A program made the position numbers and the translations under genes. Positions 9,280-17,587 of a DNA stretch of 38,128 nucleotides are shown here, piece by piece; the first letter of the stretch is position 1; each line of letters starts with the position of its first letter. Source of the DNA: an uncultured Muribaculaceae bacterium (GTDB lineage: Bacteria; Bacillota_I; Bacilli_A; RF39; UBA660); assembly GCA_964431705.1 (NCBI GenBank), contig CAYSJY010000001.1, positions 1-38,128 on the forward strand, read 5' to 3'. The notes below the pieces were generated by a model. It was not told the DNA's origin. It ran no database searches and worked only from the letters and a program-made list of their open reading frames with translations.

Positions 9280-10512
9280 TATGACCTCCTATTAGTTTGT
9301 TTCTTTTTTTCTGTGTTGCAAAAGAAAGTAAGCTTATGCATTTTAAGATGGAGTCATTTCCATACTTTTCTTTTATTTCATTTATAATATTTGAAAGTTT
9401 ATCATCATCTTCTTCATTAGAAAATATGTTTAGCTGCTTTAGCTTTCTTTTTCCTACGTTTGTGAAAAACACGCTTATTTTTCTTATTTTGTACTTTGTG
9501 TTTGTTACGTAATCATGTTCACTTAAAAGTAATTCCGTTATTTTGCTTGTATTATTAGTTTGATAATCTAGTGTTTTAGAAACTTTTATGCTTGGGGCCT
9601 CATCTTTAGAATAACCTATTAAAAAACCTATGTGATCAGTAAATAAGTTTTCTTTTATAAGACTTAAATAAAGATTGCTAATCATTTCTTCAAGTACTAT
9701 TTTAGCTTGTTTATAATCATAGTCTTTATCTAGTATTTGGCTATTTGATATAGCATTTGATTTTGGCTTATATGATTTTATTTCTTTTATGGTGCATGGT
9801 TCTATTCCTTTTGAGTGATCAATTAAGAGTTTTGCGTTTATTCCAAAAGTTTTATATAATACGTTTTCGTTTGCTAAAGATATATCATGCATGGTTTTTA
9901 AATGTAGTTTGTTAAGTTTGTTTTCGGTTTTAACTCCTATTTGCCAAAAAACACTTAAAGGCTCGTAATACCATAATTTCTTTTTATATTCATCTTCATC
10001 TAAATAAGCTATATTATCTTTGTTATGCTTTGCCATTATATCAAGCGCTACTTTAGCTATCTAAAGGTTTGTGCCAATTCCGCATGTGGCGGTAATACCT
10101 GTTTTTCTTTTTACATCTTCAATTATTTTTTTAGCAAGATTATAAGCACTTTTGTTATATAGTTTTAAGTATGGTGTAACATATAAAAATGCCTCATCAA
10201 TAGAATACTGAAAAAGGTCAACATTACTTACGCATTTTAAGTATATTTTATGAATTAAAACAGAGTACTCCATGTATTTTCTCATTCTTGGTTTAGCTAT
10301 TATGTATTTTATGTTTTTAGGTATTTCAAATAATCTGCATCTATTTTTAACACCTTGCATTTTCATTTTAGGACTAACCGCAAGACATATTGCACCACGT
10401 CCACGCGTTTTATCAGCAACAACTAAGTTTGCTTAAATGGATCAAGACCTCTTAATACGCATTTAACAGATGCATAAAATGTTTTTAAATCAATACAAAA
10501 ATAAATATTCAT
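9269..10512 (-). pseudogene. disrupted Y-family DNA polymerase (UmuC/UvrX/ImpB type): one 1-nt frameshift plus one in-frame TAG
   Basis: Three collinear pieces. (a) MNIYFCIDLKTFYASVKCVLRGLDPFKQT-stop, with frame-1 TAG at 10423-10425. (b) After a 1-nt shift, ANLVVADKTRGRGAICLAVSPKMKMQGVKNRCRLFEIP...YSIDEAFLYV...TGITATCGIGTNL. (c) In-frame TAG at 10061-10063, where homologues have Tyr/Leu, then IAKVALDIMAKHN... to 9269. Rejoined length is about 414 aa, the normal size. Confidence 0.85.
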
Positions 10513-10538
10513 TTTTCATCACCAGTAATATAATATCA

Positions 10539-10552
10539 CAAACAATTGTTTG
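10539..10552. promoter_or_regulatory. perfect 14-bp palindrome CAAACAATTGTTTG, candidate LexA (SOS box) operator of the polymerase-yolD operon
   Basis: Self-complementary. Sits 27-40 nt upstream of the pseudogene start codon, next to TATTAT/TATATT -10-like hexamers on the minus strand. Same half-site architecture as the Firmicutes SOS box GAAC-N4-GTTC, with G to A in the half-site. Confidence 0.45.
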
Positions 10553-10659
10553 ATAACATACTTTTTTTAAAATGGAAAAAAATGGCAATATTTTTAACTA
10601 TAGCGCATTGCTATGTATAAACAATTATATCTTAATAATGTTATAAGGTAGGTGAATAG

Positions 10660-10688
10660 TTGTTTTGGGATATTAATTATGTTATAAT
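10660..10688 (+). promoter_or_regulatory. sigma-A type promoter with extended -10 for the 723-aa ORF
   Basis: TTGTTT, a 17-nt spacer, then TGtTATAAT (tataat at 10683-10688). It is followed by RBS AGGGTGGTGG and the ATG at 10718. Confidence 0.5.
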
Positions 10689-10717
10689 TTAATAAATAAT
10701 GGTGTAAGGGTGGTGGC

Positions 10718-12889
10718 ATGATATTCAGTAATAAGAACAATAAGCTATTAAATTTATTTGATAATATTGATAGTGATGATTGTAAATCAAAAATTAATAT
10801 ATTAATTGTTTTATTATTAAAATATGTGGATTTAATCAACTACAAACCTAAAATGGTTAATAATAAAGAATATAAAAAAACATTAATACAAAATAAAGAA
10901 GCGATAATGCTATATCTTAGATTAACTTTAGATGTTTTATGCGATCATAATATAAATGAAAAAATCTTAGATAATGAAAATTTGGATTATATATGTGATT
11001 TGAAAGGAAATCTTGATTTAAAATCTTTAAAAGGAAAAAAATTACTTCTTCAGCAAATCAGAAATTCTTTTGCCCATAAAAGTGGAAAAATAATTTTTTT
11101 TATTGAAGATGGTATTAAGAAAGTTCGATTTGATAATAAATCATGGTTTAGTATAAAAGTAAATGTCTCTGATATAAATAAGTTGTTTGAAAAAATAGAA
11201 GTTCTTAATGAAAATAACAAGGCCCAAAAGTTAATTTCATCAGCAATTTCTTTTGTTGACAAAAATGAATTTAGTAAAATAAAAGGTGATTCAAGTATAA
11301 TAATTTTATTGAACCTACTTATGTGTTATAACAAAGAAAGTATTTTTGATGTTTTTATGCAAACCCAGACATCATTTATAGATGCTTCGAAATTTGAAAT
11401 TAATTCTACTGAAAATTCGAGTCAATTTATAGATAAAGCAAAAAAAATATTCTTTGAAAGATATAATATAACATTTCATTCAGAAAAGGATAGATTATCA
11501 TATAACAATGAATGGAAAACTCTATTGGGGGATTATTCAAGCTCAATTTTTTCTCAATTAAATAATACATATAATATAGAAAATATGCCGTATGATACAT
11601 ATACTCGTAAGCATATTCCTGTTCCAATTTTTTTGAAGTATTTAAGGGATGCAAATTCTCATGGAAGGATAAAAATAACAGATGATCATTTTATATTTTA
11701 TAATCAAGAAAAAGGTAGTAATTCAAAACCATATTTTTTTATAAAAATACAAAAGCAAGATTTGATTGAATTTTTGAACAAAGATTATTTTGTAGAAAGT
11801 TTAATAACTTCAATTAATGAACACAGATCTGAGTTTTCAAAAAATTTTTATTTGCTAGAAAAGTCGGAATCTGCTAATTCTATCGCAAATTATATCGACA
11901 TATATAGAAATAGGATGAAAAATATGTCAGAAATAGATGTCATTGAGTATATGTATAAAAATAATAAATTTTCTTCATATCTAATGGAATTCCCTGATCA
12001 AGTTGAAGACTTTATCAATTATAGGTTAAATGATGGAACTTTATTATTGTCTCGTATAACTTCTTTTGAAAATATGAAAATCAATGAATTTCAAAAAAAA
12101 TTGGATGGTAATTACATTAGTGAATTTATGTCTCGTTGCCTTAATAAAGGTCAAAAATTGTATAGTAATTATATAGAAAATAATGATGATAGTTTTTTCA
12201 AAACATTATATTCTTTTAAAAGAAATTTGGATACATTTGAACCAAATATTATAATTAGTGAATTCAATGAATTGAGCAAAGATGATTCAAAAATAATATT
12301 TGAAGGTGCTGATGAAATAAAAGAAGAATTTGAAGAAGGGAATACATATTTAGACATTTCAGAAGAGAGTGCCAGAATTTTGGTTGAATTAGGAATGCAA
12401 ACAAGTAAAAGAAGAGAAATTGATAAAATAATGTTGGCTATAGGTTTAAGAAAAGATAAACAGGTTGATATGAATTCAACCGTTAAAGAAAAAAGATATA
12501 CAATAAAAAATATTCAAAAACATGGTTCATTGGCACATGTTTATTCAAATGCATCAAAAGAAAATTTAAAACTATTTATTAAGAAAAATAGAATGGTATC
12601 AATTGCAATATGCGTTGCTTTAGCTGTTAAATTTTTAAATTTGGGTGTTGCTATATGTGGAGACAAATTAGGATTTAACATTTCTTCATTAGACCCAGGA
12701 TTTTTATTCACGAGTTTATCAAGTACTTTGGCTTTGAGTTTTTCTATTAGATTTGCTGCTCGTACAAAAACAAAATTAGATAATGAAATATTAAAACAAT
12801 CAAAAAGAGCAAAAATGTATTCAGATGATGATATTGGAGGTGAACAGCTTGCAACTAGAAATAATGGATCAAATAACGTTAGAAAATAA
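10718..12889 (+). CDS. large hypothetical protein with two RX4H (HEPN-like) motifs and a C-terminal predicted TM hairpin
   Basis: 723-aa uninterrupted ORF in an AT-rich, stop-rich background, with a strong RBS. Motif 1 is QQIRNSFAHKSGKI (R115-H120, nt 11060-11077). Motif 2 is KYLRDANSHGRIKI (R310-H315, nt 11645-11662). Each is followed by a similar segment (WFSIKVNVSDINKLFEKI vs YFFIKIQKQDLIEFLNKD). Hydrophobic segments at aa 626-648 and 661-681. Confidence 0.6.
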   Translation: MIFSNKNNKLLNLFDNIDSDDCKSKINILIVLLLKYVDLINYKPKMVNNKEYKKTLIQNKEAIMLYLRLTLDVLCDHNINEKILDNENLDYICDLKGNLDLKSLKGKKLLLQQIRNSFAHKSGKIIFFIEDGIKKVRFDNKSWFSIKVNVSDINKLFEKIEVLNENNKAQKLISSAISFVDKNEFSKIKGDSSIIILLNLLMCYNKESIFDVFMQTQTSFIDASKFEINSTENSSQFIDKAKKIFFERYNITFHSEKDRLSYNNEWKTLLGDYSSSIFSQLNNTYNIENMPYDTYTRKHIPVPIFLKYLRDANSHGRIKITDDHFIFYNQEKGSNSKPYFFIKIQKQDLIEFLNKDYFVESLITSINEHRSEFSKNFYLLEKSESANSIANYIDIYRNRMKNMSEIDVIEYMYKNNKFSSYLMEFPDQVEDFINYRLNDGTLLLSRITSFENMKINEFQKKLDGNYISEFMSRCLNKGQKLYSNYIENNDDSFFKTLYSFKRNLDTFEPNIIISEFNELSKDDSKIIFEGADEIKEEFEEGNTYLDISEESARILVELGMQTSKRREIDKIMLAIGLRKDKQVDMNSTVKEKRYTIKNIQKHGSLAHVYSNASKENLKLFIKKNRMVSIAICVALAVKFLNLGVAICGDKLGFNISSLDPGFLFTSLSSTLALSFSIRFAARTKTKLDNEILKQSKRAKMYSDDDIGGEQLATRNNGSNNVRK

Positions 12890-13094
12890 TGCAAAATACA
12901 TTGTTGTAGATATTGCGAATAATAATTCTAAACAGTATTATTTATTGGTTAATGAAGATGACATAAACAATATTATGATTGCATACATAGATGGCAAAGA
13001 ACTTGTGTCAATTGAAAATAGAGATGAATTTAAGAAAATCTTAAAATGTTTTGACTCTGAAAAAATATTAAAAACATGTATATATAAAAATTGA
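12864..13094 (+). CDS. small acidic DUF1292-like protein, overlapping the 3' end of the 723-aa ORF
   Basis: MDQITLENNAKYIVVDIANNNSKQYYLLVNEDDINNIMIAYIDGKELVSIENRDEFKKILKCF follows the DUF1292/UPF0473 pattern (ITL..., Y.V......K.Y.LL...D......IA....G.EL..IE..DEF..I...F). The start is uncertain: ATG 12864, or GTG 12840 / TTG 12849 just after GGAGG at 12836. Confidence 0.5.
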   Translation: MDQITLENNAKYIVVDIANNNSKQYYLLVNEDDINNIMIAYIDGKELVSIENRDEFKKILKCFDSEKILKTCIYKN

Positions 13095-13256
13095 TAGTAT
13101 TTTAGAGATTGGATACGATAAACAAATAAGTGATTCTTTAGAAGAATATAATAAAGTTTATCAGAATAATAAATGTTAAAATATAATTATAAAAACTATT
13201 GACTCTCTAGTTAAGGTTAGGTTTAAGATTTGAAAGAAAAATAAGGAATAGATAAT

Positions 13257-13782
13257 ATGACTACGTTTATAAATGATGATAGAGTAATTGGTAAATAGAG
13301 TCTTATTGGAATAAATAGTTCTAAAGATATTATAACAATAAATTATTAGATGATGATTTTTCTATTAAAGAGTTGTACTTAATGGAAAAACGGTAAAAGA
13401 TACTGGGGTATAGTATGGACTTAAAGGTTACATAATAAATGGTAAGGAAAATCCATACGACGTAGAAAATGATTTAATGTTTGTTAAGGTATACGGAATA
13501 TTTGATGATAGTGAGTATAAGTATTCTGTTTAAAAAAAGGTTGATAATAAAAAATATAACGTAAAAGATTTTATTATTAAAGACGATATTAATAAAGACT
13601 TTGTTTTAGATAATAATTTAACAGGCAACTATATATGTATAGATAGAGTAGATAAAGAGGATCAATTTAACTTAACAACAAGCATTGGAAAGATGAGTTA
13701 TGGGTAGATAAAATGTCGATATATAAAGATGGTAACGTTTTAATATCATACACAGATAACTCTGTTAAAAAAACAAAATAAT
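13257..13782 (+). pseudogene. shattered remnant of an unidentified gene (multiple stops and frameshifts)
   Basis: Protein-like stretches appear in alternating frames (MTTFINDDRVIGK*, YGLKGYIINGKENPYDVENDLMFVKVYGIFDDSEYKYSV*, KKYNVKDFIIKDDINKDFVLDNNLTGNYICIDRVDKEDQFNLTTSIGK, DKMSIYKDGNVLISYTDNSVKKTK*). None exceeds about 60 codons. Confidence 0.35.
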
Positions 13783-13787
13783 AAAAG

Positions 13788-13988
13788 TTATTCAAAGAAT
13801 TTATCCATAGTTATTCCTAATACTACAGATATTTTATATAGTGTTTCAATAGAGCAACCGATTGCTCCTTTTTTATATTCTAATCTTCTTATAAAGTCAT
13901 AATATTTACTGGCTTCAACAGCTAATTATTCTTGTGTGATTCCAACTTTTAATCTATATTTCTTAATATTATTAGATGCTTTTATCAT
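13788..13988 (-). pseudogene. XRE-family HTH regulator with an in-frame TAA (codon 21)
   Basis: Minus-strand reading MIKASNNIKKYRLKVGITQE-TAA-LAVEASKYYDFIRRLEYKKGAIGCSIETLYKISVVLGITMDKFFE. This is the canonical Cro/C1 HTH (R...G.TQE[QE]LA......I...E.G.....I.TL..I...L). The stop (13926-13928) replaces the usual Gln/Glu and is one nt from CAA/GAA. Confidence 0.65.
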
Positions 13989-14154
13989 GAATTTATCATC
14001 AAAGTTAAATTTTCTTTTGAATGTTGCCAATATAATAACCTCATAATTATATTTTTTTACAATAAATTTTACACATTTAATAATAAAAAAATTGTATTGA
14101 TTTACTTTAAAATTATTATATGCTAAGATGAAGTTAAGGTAGGTGATATTGTAA

Positions 14155-14673
14155 ATGAATAATTATGATGTTTCATTAAAAGGTCTTAAGGATGCATATT
14201 ATCAAATGAACAACTATAATTTTACTAGGGATAATTCTGGTAATAGAGTTTTAGTTGAAAAACAAACCGGAAAACTTATTTATGATGAATATCTTATAAA
14301 TAAGTATAGGATGGTATTTGCATGGTTAGAAACTGTTAAGTCATGTTATGGAGGTGTGGATGGTAGTGTTACTAATATTATTACAAAGGAAACTGAAGAT
14401 TTAGCTTTTAGTGATCATGCACATAAAATTTATGCTATTTTGATGGAGAGAGTTAGAAAACAGTTGTTAAATGGAGTTAGTAAATATGATTTCTCTTCTG
14501 GAAACATTAGTAGTTCAACTAGACAAGCTGTAAGAGAAGGTTTGGATAGTGATGGTTTATTATTTGCAGATAGCCTTATATTTAATGGTGGCTGGCGTGC
14601 TTCTGCTACTGTTAATTGGGTGCAATATGCTATACCAAAATTAGAAAATGAAATAGGTCATAGAACTAAATAA
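14155..14673 (+). CDS. hypothetical protein (172 aa)
   Basis: AAGGTAGGTGA RBS. No recognisable motif. Stop lies 14 nt before the next gene's ATG. Confidence 0.6.
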   Translation: MNNYDVSLKGLKDAYYQMNNYNFTRDNSGNRVLVEKQTGKLIYDEYLINKYRMVFAWLETVKSCYGGVDGSVTNIITKETEDLAFSDHAHKIYAILMERVRKQLLNGVSKYDFSSGNISSSTRQAVREGLDSDGLLFADSLIFNGGWRASATVNWVQYAIPKLENEIGHRTK

Positions 14674-14687
14674 AATATGAGGTATGT

Positions 14688-15482
14688 ATGAAATTTAGTG
14701 AATTTAAAGAAGCGTTTAAACGTTTGAAAACTAATTATGAAAGAAAACAATTTATCCATAATAGAGTTAGTGAGTTGATTAATAATTCAAGTGCTGAAAT
14801 TATTGGAAAAGATGTATGTGGAGATTATTCAGGGTTTATTGCACCAGATACCGAAGTTGTATCAAACTCAAGTCCTATGTTTTCTAATATGATAATTGAT
14901 GATTTGGATATTTATGAAAATTTTATGGATTTTATAGAAAATAACGTCGATAATATATCAAGTGAGATATTAACTATAATGATTATTCAACGATTTGTAT
15001 GGAATTATTTTGGGTATAATGCTAAAGATTTATTGTCAAGAATGGACATATATAGTAGACCTGATTTAACGCCAGTATCAATTAAAGAACTAAAAGGTAA
15101 TGATATTGCTGCTTGTTCTGAAAGAAGTGCACTAGTTCAAAACTTATTAAAATTTTTGGGATTTGATACTAGTATTGTTTTTGGAAAGTTAAATAATAAT
15201 GAATCTCATTCTTATATAGTATTTAGGCCAGAAAATGGAAATTTTATAATTCTATATGACCCTATGAATCCAGTTCCGTATAAATATGTTGGAAAAACTT
15301 ATTATGGTATAGGGGTCACAAAAATAAGCAATAAAGAATATGAAAATTTAAAACAAGGGCAACCTATAAAATTCAATTATGATTTAGTAAGAAAAATATA
15401 TGGTGATAATAAAGAATATGAAGAAAAACCAAAAATTTACACTAGCGATAGTATCTTGTATAAAAAGGATAAACAAATTTAA
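14688..15482 (+). CDS. transglutaminase-fold (papain-like Cys-His-Asp) protein
   Basis: 264 aa. Core GNDIAACSERSALVQNLLKFLGFDTSIVFG...ESHSYIVFR...FIILYDPMNP fits the transglutaminase-like superfamily order: Cys143 at a helix N-terminus, His174, Asp191. Confidence 0.6.
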   Translation: MKFSEFKEAFKRLKTNYERKQFIHNRVSELINNSSAEIIGKDVCGDYSGFIAPDTEVVSNSSPMFSNMIIDDLDIYENFMDFIENNVDNISSEILTIMIIQRFVWNYFGYNAKDLLSRMDIYSRPDLTPVSIKELKGNDIAACSERSALVQNLLKFLGFDTSIVFGKLNNNESHSYIVFRPENGNFIILYDPMNPVPYKYVGKTYYGIGVTKISNKEYENLKQGQPIKFNYDLVRKIYGDNKEYEEKPKIYTSDSILYKKDKQI

Positions 15483-15499
15483 TGGTTATGAGGTTTAAT

Positions 15500-15738
15500 A
15501 TGAATAAAGAAGATTATATAAAATTAGTAAATGAAAAAATGGGTGGCAATAAAAAAACTACTAAAACAAATAGAAAAGTTTTATGATGTTTTAAATAACT
15601 ATAAACCCAAAATAAGTAACTATAAAGTAGGAGACTTAGTCCAACTAGATAAAGGAACATTTCTTCATGGGATATATAAAAGCTTTACTTCCTAATTGCT
15701 ATATTTGTAATTTAGATGGAAAGGTGATTATGGAATAA
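15500..15738 (+). pseudogene. frameshifted small ORF relic
   Basis: MNKEDYIKLVNEKMGGNKK runs into an A7 tract (15550-15556). The reading continues only in the -1 frame (LLKQIEKFYDVLNNYKPKISNYKVGDLVQLDKGTFLHGIYKSFTS*), then again in another frame (PNCYICNLDGKVIME*). Confidence 0.3.
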
Positions 15739-15757
15739 ATAAAAGGAGTTATGTTAT

Positions 15758-16963
15758 ATGTTTGAGGAAAAAAATATTTTATATGAGGGTGAATATGGTA
15801 TTAAAATAGAAGGAAAAATATACATCGTTCCTCCTAATCAATCACTGGGTTACAATTGTGGATTTTCTCTATTTATACCAAAGAACTGCCAGGAAAACAC
15901 TACATTATTAGTGCATTCTTGTAATACCGGTGGTCATGGAGTTACAAATGGAAAGTTAGATAAAAATAAAGCCTGTTATCATTTAGATGAAGCTAATGAA
16001 GCAGCTAAGCTTAGTTGCATTAATTTTAATTCCGGAATGTGGTATGCAAGTGATCTTCAAATGCCTGTTTTAACTCCTATTATTCCAAGAGTAGCTGGAT
16101 ATTATACACATGCTTTAGGAAGCAAGGTATATCATAATGATACATCTGGTTTAATTGAAGAACAAAAAAATAGAAATAATGATGAGAAATTGTCTATGGA
16201 AGAAATAGAAAGAGTAAAACTTCAGTGCACGAATTTACCAGAGCAATTAGTAAACATGATTAAAGCAGCAAAAGTATTTTTGGATTCAAAAGGGATTTCG
16301 GTTGATGACAAAGTAATTATGGAAGGATATTCAGCTGGATCTAAATTTGCAAATGGGTTTACTGCTCTTCATCCAGAGGTCGTAAAAGCATTAGTTTGTG
16401 GTGGAAATAGTGGCTTTGGAATATTGCCTATTAAAGAAATGGATGGTTATGATTTAAATTTTCCGTTAGGAGCAAATGATGTTTCAAACTTTAATGAAAG
16501 AGAATTTAAGAGTATCCCACAGCTTTATTACATAGGTACTGAGGATTATAATGATCCTGCCATGTATAAATGCAATTTTAAAAAAGATGAAAGTGGCAAA
16601 TATCTTAAAGACTATGAAGGTTATTATATTCCAGTTACTGATGAAAAAGGAAATATAATTCCAATATTAGATGATGAAGGAAAAATAATGCCTAGATACA
16701 GTGAAAACTATACACAAGATGAAATCATAAAAATTCATACACTTTTAGGTTCTAATCCTCAAACAAGATTTGATAATAATATAAAAATGTATAATAAGTT
16801 GGGTGTTAATGCAATTTTTAAGAAATTTCCAGGAACTCATAATAGCGTCACTATGAATCATGATGGATCTTATGTGTACACAAATGAATGGGTTAAATCA
16901 TTTATTAAAAAAGTTTTAGCTAAAGAAAAAATAATTAGTGAAGAAACGAAAAAACATATTTAA
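15758..16963 (+). CDS. alpha/beta-hydrolase-fold protein (putative esterase)
   Basis: 401 aa with an AAAGGAG RBS. Nucleophile elbow G-Y-S-A-G (IMEGYSAGSKFA). Downstream acidic IGTEDYND and FPGTHNS are candidates for the Asp and His of a triad. Confidence 0.6.
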   Translation: MFEEKNILYEGEYGIKIEGKIYIVPPNQSLGYNCGFSLFIPKNCQENTTLLVHSCNTGGHGVTNGKLDKNKACYHLDEANEAAKLSCINFNSGMWYASDLQMPVLTPIIPRVAGYYTHALGSKVYHNDTSGLIEEQKNRNNDEKLSMEEIERVKLQCTNLPEQLVNMIKAAKVFLDSKGISVDDKVIMEGYSAGSKFANGFTALHPEVVKALVCGGNSGFGILPIKEMDGYDLNFPLGANDVSNFNEREFKSIPQLYYIGTEDYNDPAMYKCNFKKDESGKYLKDYEGYYIPVTDEKGNIIPILDDEGKIMPRYSENYTQDEIIKIHTLLGSNPQTRFDNNIKMYNKLGVNAIFKKFPGTHNSVTMNHDGSYVYTNEWVKSFIKKVLAKEKIISEETKKHI

Positions 16964-17113
16964 AAAATATGCATTATAAAATGTAAACGACTGACTTATG
17001 AATAAGTATTTAAAATCATGTTATATATAGAGTATTTTTATATATGTAAAAAGTAGAAAAATTTTCTAACCAATTAACTTAAAAAAACACTATATTAGTG
17101 AAAGGTGATAAAG

Positions 17114-17587
17114 ATGGATAAAATATATGATAAATATTACTATAAAATATATAATTGGGCATTAAATAAAACAAATAATAAAGAAGATGCTGAAGATTTA
17201 ACAAATAGTGTTTTCTTATCTATATTTGAATATTTAAATAAAGATATTAAAGTTGAAAAACTTGAAAATTTAATATGGAAAATTGCTTATAATTTATGGT
17301 GCACCAAAGCAAAAGGCTACATTAAAGAAAAAAATAATACTGATTTTAATGAGGAACATCAGATTGGATATGAAACAAATATGTTAGATAAGATTATATA
17401 TAAAGAAATAGTAAATAATTTAGATGATATAGGATTAACTAAAAAAGAAGCGTTATCATTTAAAATGTATTATTTAAATGACCTTTCAATAAAAGAGATT
17501 AGTGATAAGTTAAATCTTTCACAATCAAATATAAAATACTATTTATATAGTGCTAGAAATAAGGTAAAGGAGAGATATTATGAATAA
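17114..17587 (+). CDS. sigma-70 family RNA polymerase sigma factor (two-domain, ECF/TcdR-like)
   Basis: 157 aa. Region-2-like EDAEDLTNSVFLSIFEYL...IWKIAYNLW and region-4 HTH LSIKEISDKLNLSQSNIKYYLYSARNKVKE. ATG at 17114 follows AAAGGTGA. Confidence 0.75.
   Translation: MDKIYDKYYYKIYNWALNKTNNKEDAEDLTNSVFLSIFEYLNKDIKVEKLENLIWKIAYNLWCTKAKGYIKEKNNTDFNEEHQIGYETNMLDKIIYKEIVNNLDDIGLTKKEALSFKMYYLNDLSIKEISDKLNLSQSNIKYYLYSARNKVKERYYE

Noticed and set aside
10645-10656. Repeated taaggtaggtga at 10645 and 14135 as a mobile-element end or operator
   Set aside because: It is only 12 nt long, and at 14135 it is simply the Shine-Dalgarno region of the 14155 gene. Chance similarity of RBS-like sequence is sufficient to explain it.
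10594-10839. 81-aa minus-strand ORF spanning the promoter and 5' end of the 723-aa gene
   Set aside because: It overlaps a promoter, RBS and start with much better support. Its translation is low-complexity and it has no RBS.
9269-13988. Stop-codon reassignment as the explanation for the in-frame TAG (10061-10063) and TAA (13926-13928)
   Set aside because: TAG terminates conserved full-length genes here (ABC ATPase at 4764, clpB at 33176, dinB at 36414), and TAA terminates many others (rsmI, tspO). The polymerase also carries a true frameshift. Ordinary pseudogenisation is the simpler explanation.
10718-14150. The twin-HEPN-like ORF as a Cas13-type CRISPR effector
   Set aside because: No direct-repeat/spacer array is visible within several kb on either side; 13095-14150 is decayed coding sequence, not repeats. 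There are no cas1/cas2 genes. The motif spacing (aa 115 and 310 of 723) and the C-terminal TM segments do not resemble any Cas13 layout I know.
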